NCBI GenBank assembly: GCA_049325335.1
Contig: JBMOMC010000001.1
Span: 160,001-224,000 of the forward strand
From: Nitrospirota bacterium
Lineage (GTDB): Bacteria > Nitrospirota > Nitrospiria > 2-01-FULL-66-17
Reading direction: 5' to 3'
Length of the DNA: 64,000 bases
The notes under the pieces were generated by a model. It was given only the letters and a program-made list of their open reading frames with translations, had not been told where the DNA came from and did not search any database. This document shows, piece by piece, positions 37,656-47,311 of the stretch (the first letter of the stretch is position 1; every line of letters begins with the position of its first letter). A program made the position numbers and the translations under genes.

Positions 37656-39002
37656 TTACGCCGCGACATCCCGGCTGTGCGGGCCGGGCTGCTCGTCGTC
37701 GATCGGACTCCGTATCGGGAGCAGGACTCGAAAGCGCGTACCCCGACCGACGGCGCTTTCCACCTCGATCTTCCCGCCGTGCTGCTGGACGATGCCGTAC
37801 GATATCGACAAACCGAGCCCCGTACCCTTGCCCACCGGCTTGGTCGTGAAAAACGGGTCGAAGATCTTATCGAGGTGTTCCTGCGAGATCCCGCTGCCGG
37901 TATCCTCGACTTCCACGACCACGTGATCGCCCCTCACCGCCGTTCGTACCCACACGGTCCCTCTGCTCGTCATGGCCTGCGTGGCGTTTACCAACAGGTT
38001 CAAAAAGACTTGGTTCAACTGCTGCGGATGCCCTTGAATCGCTGGAAGAGGCTGCAATTCCTTGACCACCTCGGCTTTGTACTTCAATTCATTCCACGCA
38101 ATAGCCAGGGTGTTTTCGATGCCTCCGTTGATGTCCACTGACGTCAGGCCCGGTTGATCCACCCGCGAAAAATCTTTCAGGTTTTGGACGATCTGGCGGA
38201 CACGCTCGATGCCCTCCTCCGACTGCATTGTCAATTGTTTGAGATCCTCGACCAAACGCCGGGCATCCATTTGATTCCCCAGGGCTCGCCCCCGCTCCGC
38301 TTCGGCCTGGACCGCGGTCGCGTCGCCCCCAGCCACCGCCCCGAGCAACGCCTCGTATCCCGCGACTAATTGGAGCAGGTCCCCTGCGTACTCGCCGAGC
38401 ACGCGCAGGTTGGTGCCGACGAACCCGATCGGGTTATTGATCTCGTGCGCCACCCCCGCCGCCAACTGCCCCAACGAGGACAGTTTCTCCGCCTGGATCA
38501 ATTGCGCCTGGGCCATTTTGAGATCGTGATAGGCGCGCTCCGCCTCCGCCTTCGCAGCCAGCAGTTCCGATGTGCGGGCAGAGACCTTCTCTTCCAACTC
38601 GTGGACCAGGCTCCAGGCCCTGCGTATATCGCGGACAACGCCCACAATGCCACGGATGCGACGCCCGTTGTCCCGGAGTACGACGCCGTAAAAGGCGGCC
38701 CGAATGCGCTCTCCCGCCCGCGTGAGGAGGAGGACATCGCAGTGGCCCGAGTCGCCCCCGTCCGTTAGGACACCGAGGGCACGCGCGAACTCCGAGCGTT
38801 CGTCGTCGACTATGACCCCGGCCGGTCGGCCCGCCAGGTCCGACCGCGCGTACCCTAACAGTTCCTCGCCGGAATGATTGATGAACTGGATGCGGGCCTC
38901 GCTGTCCAACACCATCACCACGTCGGTCACATTGTCCATCACGCCCGCCACGAGCGCTTCGTCGTACGGAAAATATTTAAGGAGGGCGCATCCGTCGGTC
39001 AT
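37656..39002 (-). CDS. PAS sensor histidine kinase (NtrB-like HisKA)
   Basis: PAS domain; [11 protein letters not shown]1, F and G2 boxes; GGAGG RBS before ATG 39002. Confidence 0.9.
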   Translation of the reverse strand: MTDGCALLKYFPYDEALVAGVMDNVTDVVMVLDSEARIQFINHSGEELLGYARSDLAGRPAGVIVDDERSEFARALGVLTDGGDSGHCDVLLLTRAGERIRAAFYGVVLRDNGRRIRGIVGVVRDIRRAWSLVHELEEKVSARTSELLAAKAEAERAYHDLKMAQAQLIQAEKLSSLGQLAAGVAHEINNPIGFVGTNLRVLGEYAGDLLQLVAGYEALLGAVAGGDATAVQAEAERGRALGNQMDARRLVEDLKQLTMQSEEGIERVRQIVQNLKDFSRVDQPGLTSVDINGGIENTLAIAWNELKYKAEVVKELQPLPAIQGHPQQLNQVFLNLLVNATQAMTSRGTVWVRTAVRGDHVVVEVEDTGSGISQEHLDKIFDPFFTTKPVGKGTGLGLSISYGIVQQHGGKIEVESAVGRGTRFRVLLPIRSPIDDEQPGPHSRDVAA

Positions 39003-39061
39003 GAGACCTCCATGTGACAATGGGGTTCCATGCCCGGGACAGCAGTCACCATCTCAACGAC

Positions 39062-39089
39062 TCATCGGCTGTCACGCTCGGGAACTTGA
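39062..39089 (-). promoter_or_regulatory. Putative sigma28 promoter of the kinase-kinase-HD-GYP block
   Basis: TCAAG-N15-GCCGATGA in the spacer downstream of fliA. Confidence 0.7.
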
Positions 39090-39112
39090 GGCGGTTCGCG
39101 GGTTCGACTGCG

Positions 39113-39853
39113 TTACGCGGCGTCACGGAACCCTCCGATCGCGCCCTGTAATCGATGAATCGCCTGCGCGTGCAGTTGGCAGACCCTCGATTCGGTGATC
39201 TTGAGCACCCGGCCGATTTCCTTCATGGTCAACTCTTCGACGTAGTACAACGAGACCACGAGCCGTTCCTTGTTCGGCAGCGCGTCGATCGCCGCGAGCA
39301 CGCGGCGACGCGAGTCCTCGGCGATCAACACCCGCAGCGGATCGGCCGCCTGAGGGTCGGCCACCGACTCCAGCGGGTCGCGGTCTTCCTCTCCCAGCGC
39401 GCCGAGGTCGTCGAGGCTCAACAGCGCCACCGAGCAGGCCTGCGCGGTAAACAGGGCGAATTGTTTGGCGTCCATGCCCAACGCGGCCGCGGTTTCCTCG
39501 TCGGTGGGCGGACGGCCCAGTCGCTTCTCCAGTGCGTCGTTCGTTTTGTGGAGCAGGCCCACTTTTTCGCGCACCGAACGCGGCACCCACGCCAGGGACC
39601 GGATCTCGTCCAACATGGCGCCCCGAATGCGCACTTCCGCGTAGGTCTTGAACTTGACCTCTTTGGTGGGGTCGAACTTGTCGATCGCGTCCATCAACCC
39701 GATCACCCCGACGTGGATGAGATCGTTGATATCCAGATACGGCGGCAGGCGAAATGAGAGTCGCTCCGCCAAAAATCGAATGACCGGCGTGAACTCGGCG
39801 ACCACCCGGTCCACGTCGGTGGACGTCCCGTACGGCGCGCCGGGGCCGATCAC
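39113..39853 (-). CDS. fliA: RNA polymerase sigma28 FliA
   Basis: DLIHVGVIGLMDAIDKFDP, RIRGAMLDEIR, LYYVEELTMKEIG.VL.ITESRVCQLH; GTG start by GTGA coupling. Confidence 0.95.
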   Translation of the reverse strand: MIGPGAPYGTSTDVDRVVAEFTPVIRFLAERLSFRLPPYLDINDLIHVGVIGLMDAIDKFDPTKEVKFKTYAEVRIRGAMLDEIRSLAWVPRSVREKVGLLHKTNDALEKRLGRPPTDEETAAALGMDAKQFALFTAQACSVALLSLDDLGALGEEDRDPLESVADPQAADPLRVLIAEDSRRRVLAAIDALPNKERLVVSLYYVEELTMKEIGRVLKITESRVCQLHAQAIHRLQGAIGGFRDAA

Positions 39854-40692
39854 CGCGCGGGTCCTGGTTCGATCGGCCTCATCTCGACGGTCCCGTCCCA
39901 CGACGCGACGCGATGGGCCAGACTCAGAAACGCCAGGCTGGACGGCGCGTGGGGCGAGACGTCCACCACCGCGCGCTGGCGACCCACGGCCTTGCGCAGG
40001 GCCGCGTCGTCCGGAATCGCGCCCAGGTACTCGACGGTCACGCCCAAAAACCGTCCGGCCACTTCGCGCAGGGTGCGCGCGGTCTCGTGCGCCTCGTGTT
40101 CACTCCGCGCCATGTTGACCACAAGGGAAAAGCGGTGCTCCCCGTGCCGAGCCCGCAGCACCTTCATGAGCGCGTACGCGTCGGTGAGCGACGCGGGGTC
40201 GGGCGTGGCCACCACGACGATCGCCCGGGCCGCGGCGTTGAACGCGAGCACGTTCGACGAGATCCCGGCGCCGGTGTCGATCAACACCACGTCCGGCCCG
40301 TCGTCCGTCCGTTCGATCTGATCCAGCAGCGCATGGATCTGGGCCGACGAGGGGTCGCGGGGTCCGGTCCACCCCGACCCGGCCGGCAGGATCCTGACGC
40401 CCCGTGGCCCGTCCGTCACGACCTCGGCAAGCGTCTTGCGGCCATCGAACACGTCCTCCACGGTGTCGCGCGAGGACAGGCCCAACAACACGTCCACGTT
40501 CCCCAGCCCCAAATCCGCGTCCAGCACCAGGACGCGACGCCCCAGGTCCGCGAGCGCCACCGCGAGATTGGCGACCACGTTGGTCTTGCCCACCCCGCCC
40601 TTGCCGCTGGTCACCGCGACCACCGCCAGCGCGCGCGTGGTCGCGCCGCCGGGAGCGGCCGCCCACTTGCGAAGCGTGTGCGCCTGATCCAC
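39850..40692 (-). CDS. flhG: FlhG/FleN MinD-like ATPase
   Basis: MDQA..LR; SGKGGVGKT; DADLGLGN; IDTGAG. Confidence 0.93.
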   Translation of the reverse strand: MDQAHTLRKWAAAPGGATTRALAVVAVTSGKGGVGKTNVVANLAVALADLGRRVLVLDADLGLGNVDVLLGLSSRDTVEDVFDGRKTLAEVVTDGPRGVRILPAGSGWTGPRDPSSAQIHALLDQIERTDDGPDVVLIDTGAGISSNVLAFNAAARAIVVVATPDPASLTDAYALMKVLRARHGEHRFSLVVNMARSEHEAHETARTLREVAGRFLGVTVEYLGAIPDDAALRKAVGRQRAVVDVSPHAPSSLAFLSLAHRVASWDGTVEMRPIEPGPAR

Positions 40693-40705
40693 GGGTCCCG
40701 TCCGC

Positions 40706-41929
40706 TCAGTTCGTTCCGAACACCAATTCCGCCACCCGGTGCGGCGTCGCGGTCTCGATGTCCTCGGGCACGCGTTGGCCCGTGGTCAGGTACGAGACCG
40801 GTTTTCGCGTCTTCTTGATGGTGGACACCAGGGCCCCGTAGGTCTGGGTCTCGTCGGTCTTGGAAATGAGCAGGCGGTCGATCGGAATGACGGAGAACCG
40901 ATCCACGATCGCGTCCAACTCCGACTCCTTGGTATTGGCTGCCACCACCAGATGGGTTTCCACCGGAACCCCCACCCGGGTGAGGTCCTTGAGTTCGTCC
41001 AATTGGGCGCCGCCCAAGTGGCTGCGCCCCGCGGTATCCACCAGCACCACGTCGCCGGGCGATCGGCGCGCCACGATGTCGCGCAGCTCGCGGCCCGACG
41101 CGGCCACTTCCACCGGCACGCCGATGATCTTGGCGTAAATTTTGAGCTGTTCGACCGCGCCGATGCGGTAGGTGTCCAGCGTGGCCAGGGTGACGCGGCC
41201 GTGATCGCGGAACTGATGCGCCGCCAGCTTCGCGATGGTGGTGGTTTTGCCCACCCCGGTGGGGCCCACCAGGGCGACCACCTTGGGACGGGTCCCGCCG
41301 CACTCCACCGGTCCCGCCGTCTCCACCATGCCCTGCACCAGCTCGAACAGGCACGCGCGCACCGCGTCGCGATGCCACAAGGCGTCCGCCGAGAGTTTCT
41401 GTTTGACCGCGCGGAGCAACCCCACCACGCTGTCTTGATCCAGCCCGCCCTCGCGCAGCCGATCCACCAGGCTCGTCAACGGCTCGGGCGCGCCCTGCCG
41501 CTCGCAGACTTCCTGCGCGGTCAACATCACGCCCAGCACGCCTTTCATGTCGATCCAGGTCTCTTGAATCCCGGCCATCTGCCGCAAGGGCCCGAAGGTC
41601 AGCGACCCGTGCAACGCGCTCACCGCCTCGCGGATCGCGCGCAGTTCTTTGTGCACCGCGCCGACGTCAGATGCCGGCGGCTCGGGCTGTTGCGCGGCGT
41701 ACAACGCGGACGCGAATTCCGGAGCCGGCGCCTCCACGGTCGTCGCGGTCACGGCGGGACGATCCACCGCGGCGGTCACTTCGACCATGGGCCGCCCGAA
41801 CACGCCGAACACGCCCTTGTCCTTGCGGATTTCCTTGGTGGAGAGAATGATGGCGTCCGGACCCAGATCTTCTTTGATGGCGCGGAGCGCGTCGGAGACG
41901 TTCAACGCTTCGTATTTTTTAATGTGCAT
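40706..41929 (-). CDS. flhF: FlhF SRP-family GTPase
   Basis: GPTGVGKTTTIAKLA, DTYRIGA, DTAGR, SKTDE, GQRVPED. Confidence 0.95.
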   Translation of the reverse strand: MHIKKYEALNVSDALRAIKEDLGPDAIILSTKEIRKDKGVFGVFGRPMVEVTAAVDRPAVTATTVEAPAPEFASALYAAQQPEPPASDVGAVHKELRAIREAVSALHGSLTFGPLRQMAGIQETWIDMKGVLGVMLTAQEVCERQGAPEPLTSLVDRLREGGLDQDSVVGLLRAVKQKLSADALWHRDAVRACLFELVQGMVETAGPVECGGTRPKVVALVGPTGVGKTTTIAKLAAHQFRDHGRVTLATLDTYRIGAVEQLKIYAKIIGVPVEVAASGRELRDIVARRSPGDVVLVDTAGRSHLGGAQLDELKDLTRVGVPVETHLVVAANTKESELDAIVDRFSVIPIDRLLISKTDETQTYGALVSTIKKTRKPVSYLTTGQRVPEDIETATPHRVAELVFGTN

Positions 41930-44012
41930 CAGCCGCCCTCACGGTTTCGAATGCTTGAATGCGAATCTGCGGCGCCACTTCGCCCGAGGAAATCACCCGC
42001 GCGGACGGCACCGCGCGTTCCAACAACCGGCGCACGTGCGGTCGGATCATGGGGGAGCACAACACCACCGGTTGGTGTCCCTTGACCATGATCCGCTCCA
42101 CCGCCTGCCGCACGCGCGTCACGACTTTCTGCCCCACGGTCGGGTCCAACGCCAACACCGACCCTTGCCCGCTCGGTTTGATCGCGGACGCGATCTCGTG
42201 ATCCAGTTGCGGGTCCAACGCGATGACCGGCAACGCGCCGTCGCGCGTTTGGTACTGCCGAGTGATGGTGCGGGCCAAGGCTTGGCGCACGGCCTCGGTC
42301 AAGACCTCGGGGTCCTTGCTCGCCACCGCGTGATCGGCCAAGGCTTCCAGAATGGACCGCAGATCGCGGATCGGAATGCGCTCGCGCAGCAGGTTGCCGA
42401 ACACCTTGACCACCGCGCCCAACGGCAACAAAGCCGGGACCAGTTCTTCCACCAATTTGGGGGCTTCTTTGGAGAACCGCTCCAACAACGCCTGTGTTTC
42501 CTGGCGGCCCACCAACTCGTGCGCGTGGGTTTTGATGATCTCGGTGAGATGCGTGGCGATCACCGACGCGAGGTCCACCACGGTGTATCCGGCGGCCTGC
42601 GCCCGCTCCTTGTCCGCCTCCGGCACCCACAGCGCGTCCAATCCGAAACAGGGTTCCTTGGTCGGGATCCCCGCGATACGGTGCGCGGCGTCTCCGGGCT
42701 GCATGGCTAGGCAGTGGCCCGGCAACAGTTCGCCGCGCGCCACTTCCATACCCTTGATCAACAGGACGTATTCGTTGGGTCGCAGTTTCAGGTTATCCCG
42801 GATATGAATGGCCGGGACCACGAAGCCTTGTTCCAGCGCCACTTGTTTACGGATCGCGGTGATGCGCTTGAGTAATTCCCCGCCCTTGGTTTCGTCCACC
42901 AGCCCGATCAGGCCGTACCCCACGGTCAGTTCCATCAGATCCAGGGGCGCCACCCAGTCGAGCGGCTCGGTCGAGGTCGGTTTAGCCGGGGCCGTCGCCG
43001 GGACGTGGGCCTGCGCCGACTCCTCGGCCCGCCGACTCTTCAACGCGGTGTAGCCCACCGCGGCCATGCCGGCGGCCAATGCCAGAAACGACAGGTGGGG
43101 TAACCCCGGCATCAACCCCAGCGCCAACGAAATGCCCGCCGCGCCCAGGATCGCACGGGGATGGCTCAGGATCTGACGAGCGACATCGGTCCCCAGGTTC
43201 GCATCCGACGCCGCGCGGGTGACCACGATGCCAGCCGCGGTGGAGATCATCAACGCGGGGATCTGGGCCACCAGACCTTCGCCGATGGTCAAGATCGTGT
43301 AGTTCTGGGCCGCGGTGAAAAAGCTCATGCCGTGCTGCATCACGCCGATGGCCAGACCGCCGACAATGTTGACCAGGATGATGAGGATGGCCGCGATCGC
43401 GTCGCCGCGCACGAACTTGCTGGCGCCGTCCATCGCGCCGTAAAAATCCGCTTCCTGGCCGATCGCCGCGCGCCGCTTGCGGGCTTCGTGTTCGTCGATG
43501 ATCCCGGCGTTGAGGTCCGCGTCGATGCTCATCTGTTTGCCCGGCAACGCGTCCAACATGAAGCGGGCCGCGACCTCCGCGATGCGCCCCGCGCCCTTGG
43601 TGATCACCACGAAGTTGATCACCACCAGGATCACGAACACCACGAGCCCGACCGCATAGTTGCCGCCAACCACGAACCCGCCGAACGCCTTGATCACCTG
43701 TCCCGCGGCGTCGTGCCCCTCGTTGCCGTGCAGCAAGATGAGTCGGGTCGAGGCCAGGTTCAGCGACAATCGAAACAAGGTGATCAACAGCAGCACCGAG
43801 GGAAACGCGGAAAACTCCACCGGCCGCAGCGTGTACATGGAGACAAACAGGATCACGAGCGAGAGGCTCAGACTGAGCGCAAGCAACAGATCGAGCAACA
43901 CGCGCGGCAAGGGCAGGATCATGAGCATGACGATGCCCACCACCCCCAGACTCAACGCCACGTCCCCGTGTTTGAGGTTGAACCCGCCCACCATGGTGGT
44001 GTTCGCCGCCAT
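41919..44012 (-). CDS. flhA: Flagellar export gate FlhA
   Basis: FPSVLL..TLFRL, KGAGRIAEVAARF.LDALPGKQMSIDADL, FYGAMDGASKFVRGD. Confidence 0.97.
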   Translation of the reverse strand: MAANTTMVGGFNLKHGDVALSLGVVGIVMLMILPLPRVLLDLLLALSLSLSLVILFVSMYTLRPVEFSAFPSVLLLITLFRLSLNLASTRLILLHGNEGHDAAGQVIKAFGGFVVGGNYAVGLVVFVILVVINFVVITKGAGRIAEVAARFMLDALPGKQMSIDADLNAGIIDEHEARKRRAAIGQEADFYGAMDGASKFVRGDAIAAILIILVNIVGGLAIGVMQHGMSFFTAAQNYTILTIGEGLVAQIPALMISTAAGIVVTRAASDANLGTDVARQILSHPRAILGAAGISLALGLMPGLPHLSFLALAAGMAAVGYTALKSRRAEESAQAHVPATAPAKPTSTEPLDWVAPLDLMELTVGYGLIGLVDETKGGELLKRITAIRKQVALEQGFVVPAIHIRDNLKLRPNEYVLLIKGMEVARGELLPGHCLAMQPGDAAHRIAGIPTKEPCFGLDALWVPEADKERAQAAGYTVVDLASVIATHLTEIIKTHAHELVGRQETQALLERFSKEAPKLVEELVPALLPLGAVVKVFGNLLRERIPIRDLRSILEALADHAVASKDPEVLTEAVRQALARTITRQYQTRDGALPVIALDPQLDHEIASAIKPSGQGSVLALDPTVGQKVVTRVRQAVERIMVKGHQPVVLCSPMIRPHVRRLLERAVPSARVISSGEVAPQIRIQAFETVRAADAH

Positions 44013-45127
44013 TACTGGTCGGTCCCGTGTTCAGGGGCCCGGCGGGACGCCATGGCCGAGGCCCCGCGCGAGGCGCGGCGGACGCGATACACGTACGCCA
44101 ACACTTCGGCCGCGGCGCGGTACAACTTGGACGGGATCGGCTCGCCCACCCCGGTTGTCTTAAATAAGGCCCGCGCCAACGGCTTGTTTTCCATGACCGG
44201 CACGCCGTGCCGCCACGCGGTTTCGCGGATGCGTTTGGCCACCAGGCCCGCGCCCTTGGCCACCACTTTGGGCGCGGCCATCTCGCCGTGCCGATAGAGC
44301 AACGCCACGGCCAGTTCGGTCGGGTTGGTCACCACGACGTCGGCCTTGGGCACCTCGGCCATCATGCGTTTGGTCGCGCGTTCGCGCTGCAACGCGCGAA
44401 TCCGGGCCTTGAGCCACGGGTCGCCTTCGGTTTCCTTCATTTCCTGTTTGATATCCTCACGGCTCATGCGCAGATTGCGCTCGAACTCCCACCGCTGGTA
44501 CCCGTAGTCCGCGGCGGCCAGGACCGCGATCACGCCGCCCGACCACAGGCCGAGCCGAAGCAACGCGGACGACATCACGCCGACCCCGGCCGACGGCTCC
44601 GCGGTCATGGCCGCGGTCAGCGCGGGCAGTTCGTCTTTCACGACCAGGTAGGAGACCCAGCCGATGACGCCGAACTTGAACAAGGTTTTGAGCGACACCG
44701 CCGCGGACTGCAGCGAGAACAGCCGCTTGAACCCGCTGAGCGGACTGATCCGCGACCATTCCGGCGCAAGCGGCGTGGCACTCCACACCAACCCCGGCTG
44801 CGCCACCACCGACACGATGCCCAACGCTGCGAACCAGGCCATCACCGGCGCGACCAATACCAACGTCGCGGAGAGGGCGTGCATCAACGCGGCGTAGACG
44901 TCCGCCTGGCTCATCGCGGCGGCCGGATTGGCGTTCAGCAACGTCGTCATCAGGGCGCGCATGTCGCGCAGCGCGGAGGGCCCCATCACGGTCAACCCGC
45001 CGACCGCGCCCAGGATCAGCGCGGCGGAGGTGATCTCCTGGCTGCGGGCGACCTGCCCTTTTTTGCGCGCGTCCTCGCGACGCTTAGGGGTCGCCCGTTC
45101 CGATCGTTCCTGTTCGTTCTCCGCCAC
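44012..45127 (-). CDS. flhB: Export specificity switch FlhB
   Basis: ATPKRREDARKKGQV, EGDP, TNPT (NPTE rather than NPTH), PKVVAKG. Confidence 0.95.
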   Translation of the reverse strand: MAENEQERSERATPKRREDARKKGQVARSQEITSAALILGAVGGLTVMGPSALRDMRALMTTLLNANPAAAMSQADVYAALMHALSATLVLVAPVMAWFAALGIVSVVAQPGLVWSATPLAPEWSRISPLSGFKRLFSLQSAAVSLKTLFKFGVIGWVSYLVVKDELPALTAAMTAEPSAGVGVMSSALLRLGLWSGGVIAVLAAADYGYQRWEFERNLRMSREDIKQEMKETEGDPWLKARIRALQRERATKRMMAEVPKADVVVTNPTELAVALLYRHGEMAAPKVVAKGAGLVAKRIRETAWRHGVPVMENKPLARALFKTTGVGEPIPSKLYRAAAEVLAYVYRVRRASRGASAMASRRAPEHGTDQ

Positions 45128-45139
45128 GACCGCGCTCCG

Positions 45140-45925
45140 TTAAGGCCCGGGGCGGGCCATGGCCCGCACCAGCCCGTTCAACGTGCCGTCCAGCGCGCGA
45201 ACCTGGTCCGCAAACAGGCCCACGAACAAGGACAGCGACGCCCCCACCACCAGCAACCCCACCCCCATCGTCACCGGGAAACTCATCAACAACACGTTCA
45301 TCTGCGGCACCACGCGACCGAGGATGCCCAGCGCCGCGCTGGCCAGCAACAACGCGGCCACCACGGGCAACGCCACCTGGAGCGCGGTGGCGAACATCCC
45401 CGACGTGAGCCGCATCAAGCCGTCGATCAATCCCGCGCCTGGGTAAAACCCCACCGCGGGCACGCGATGGAAACTCTCCGCCAGCGCGTGGAACACGAAG
45501 TGGTGGCCGTTGATCGCGAAGAACACCAGCATCGTCACCACCCCGTACAACTGGCTGATCAACGAGACCTGCCGCCCCGACGAGGGATCAAACACCATGG
45601 CCAGGCCGAACCCCATTTGCAACCCCGCCAGCTCCGCGCCCATGTCCACCGCGGCGAACACCAACCGGATCGCCAACCCGATCGCCAAGCCGATCATGGT
45701 TTCCCCGAGCAACCCGATCCCGGCCGACCACGGATCCACGGCGGTCGCGGCCGGAGCCACCACCGGCACCAAGGCCAAAGCCACCGCCACCGCGAGCCAG
45801 ACCTTGATGATGTTGGGCACGCTCAACCCGCCCACCACCGGGATCGCCGCGAGGATCGCGGCCACCCGCGCGAGGACCAACACGAATTCGGCCTCCCGCT
45901 GGATCACGACATGGAGCGCGCTCAT
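45140..45925 (-). CDS. fliR: FliR
   Basis: Hydrophobic; GE..IG, QMGFG..DP, PQMNV. Confidence 0.93.
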   Translation of the reverse strand: MSALHVVIQREAEFVLVLARVAAILAAIPVVGGLSVPNIIKVWLAVAVALALVPVVAPAATAVDPWSAGIGLLGETMIGLAIGLAIRLVFAAVDMGAELAGLQMGFGLAMVFDPSSGRQVSLISQLYGVVTMLVFFAINGHHFVFHALAESFHRVPAVGFYPGAGLIDGLMRLTSGMFATALQVALPVVAALLLASAALGILGRVVPQMNVLLMSFPVTMGVGLLVVGASLSLFVGLFADQVRALDGTLNGLVRAMARPGP

Positions 45926-45937
45926 CCGCGGCTTCCC

Positions 45938-46207
45938 CTATCTCACGTACATCGGAATGTTCCCCAGGATCGTGGTCGTAAATCCGACCATGAGTGAAAT
46001 CATCCACGGCAAAAACAACACGAACGCCAACGCCACGGCCAAAATCTTGGGCAAAAACGTGAGCGTGGCCTCGTTGATCTGGGTCACCGCCTGCAACACG
46101 CTCACCACCAGCCCCACCACCACGCTGAACACCAACGCGGGCGCGGCCAACATCAGCACCATCTCGATGGTGCGTTGCCCCATCTCCACGACGAACTCGG
46201 TGGTCAT
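45938..46207 (-). CDS. fliQ: FliQ
   Basis: QAVTQINEATLTFLPK, PWM. Confidence 0.95.
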   Translation of the reverse strand: MTTEFVVEMGQRTIEMVLMLAAPALVFSVVVGLVVSVLQAVTQINEATLTFLPKILAVALAFVLFLPWMISLMVGFTTTILGNIPMYVR

Positions 46208-46219
46208 CGCCGCTCCGCG

Positions 46220-46996
46220 TTACGAAAAACTTCTCACTAATGATCCGACGACCAAATACCAGCCGTCGGCCAGCACGAACAAAATCAATTTGAACGGCAA
46301 CGACACCATTGCGGGCGGCAACATCATCATGCCCATCGACATCAACACGCTGGCCACCACCAAATCGATCACCAAGAACGGCAGAAAGATCAGAAATCCG
46401 ATCTGGAACGCGGTCCGTAGTTCGCTGATCATGAACGCGGGGATCACCACGTGGGTCGGGACCGCGGCGACGTCCGTCGGCGGCGGCAACTTGGCGATGT
46501 CCACGAACAGCGCTAGATCCTTTTCCCGCACCTGACGCAACATGAACTCGCGCACCGGCGCCATCGCGCGTTCCAAGGCTTGGGCCTGGGGCACCTGTTT
46601 GGCCAAATAGGGTTGCAAGGCATCTGCGTTCACCCGCTGCCACACCGGGGACATGATGAAGAAGGTGAGAAACAACGCGAGTCCGATCAACACCTGGTTC
46701 GGCGGGGTTTGCAGCGTCCCCAGGGCTTGTCGCAGGAACGCCAGCACCACGACCACGCGGATAAACGACGTCATCATGATCAGGATCGCCGGCGCCACCG
46801 ACAACACGGTGAGCAACGCGACGATCTGCAGCACCGTGGTCATCTGGCCCGGATCACCGGACCCCAGGTCGATCGTGACCGCGGCCGGACTGCCTTGCGC
46901 GTCCGCCGCGAACGCGCGGTCGGTCTCGCCCGCCATCACTAGCCCGGTCAGCGCCACAGCGGCCAGCACGCCGCGAATCGCCGAGATCCGGCTCAT
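46220..46996 (-). CDS. fliP: FliP
   Basis: MTSFIR, QTPPNQVL, PAFMISEL.TAFQIGF, LPFKL.LFVL.DGW; start ATG 46996. Confidence 0.96.
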   Translation of the reverse strand: MSRISAIRGVLAAVALTGLVMAGETDRAFAADAQGSPAAVTIDLGSGDPGQMTTVLQIVALLTVLSVAPAILIMMTSFIRVVVVLAFLRQALGTLQTPPNQVLIGLALFLTFFIMSPVWQRVNADALQPYLAKQVPQAQALERAMAPVREFMLRQVREKDLALFVDIAKLPPPTDVAAVPTHVVIPAFMISELRTAFQIGFLIFLPFLVIDLVVASVLMSMGMMMLPPAMVSLPFKLILFVLADGWYLVVGSLVRSFS

Positions 46997-47304
46997 AGGA
47001 GGCGCTCTCCGCCCGGCGTGCGCCGCAACTCCGGCGGCATCGCCGCGGGGTCCAACGTGGCGAGCAACGACATCTGCGTCGCGGTCACGCCCACCACCAA
47101 ATAGGTCTCCCCCACGGCCACGACCGCGATCTGCTTGCGTGAGCCCAGGGGCAACGCAGCCACCACCTGCAACGGCGAGCGCGCGCCCCAGCGCATGCCG
47201 CCCACGCCGATCCACCGCTTGGCCGCGAACGCGGTCAACGCCATCAGTCCCAGCACTGCGGCCAAGGCGCCGGTCATTTTCACCAGACTCCACCACAGGT
47301 CCAT
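46993..47304 (-). CDS. fliO: FliO
   Basis: One TM segment then LG.RKQIAVV.VG..YLVVGVT; between fliN and fliP. Confidence 0.85.
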   Translation of the reverse strand: MDLWWSLVKMTGALAAVLGLMALTAFAAKRWIGVGGMRWGARSPLQVVAALPLGSRKQIAVVAVGETYLVVGVTATQMSLLATLDPAAMPPELRRTPGGERLL

Positions 47305-47311
47305 GGCCGTC

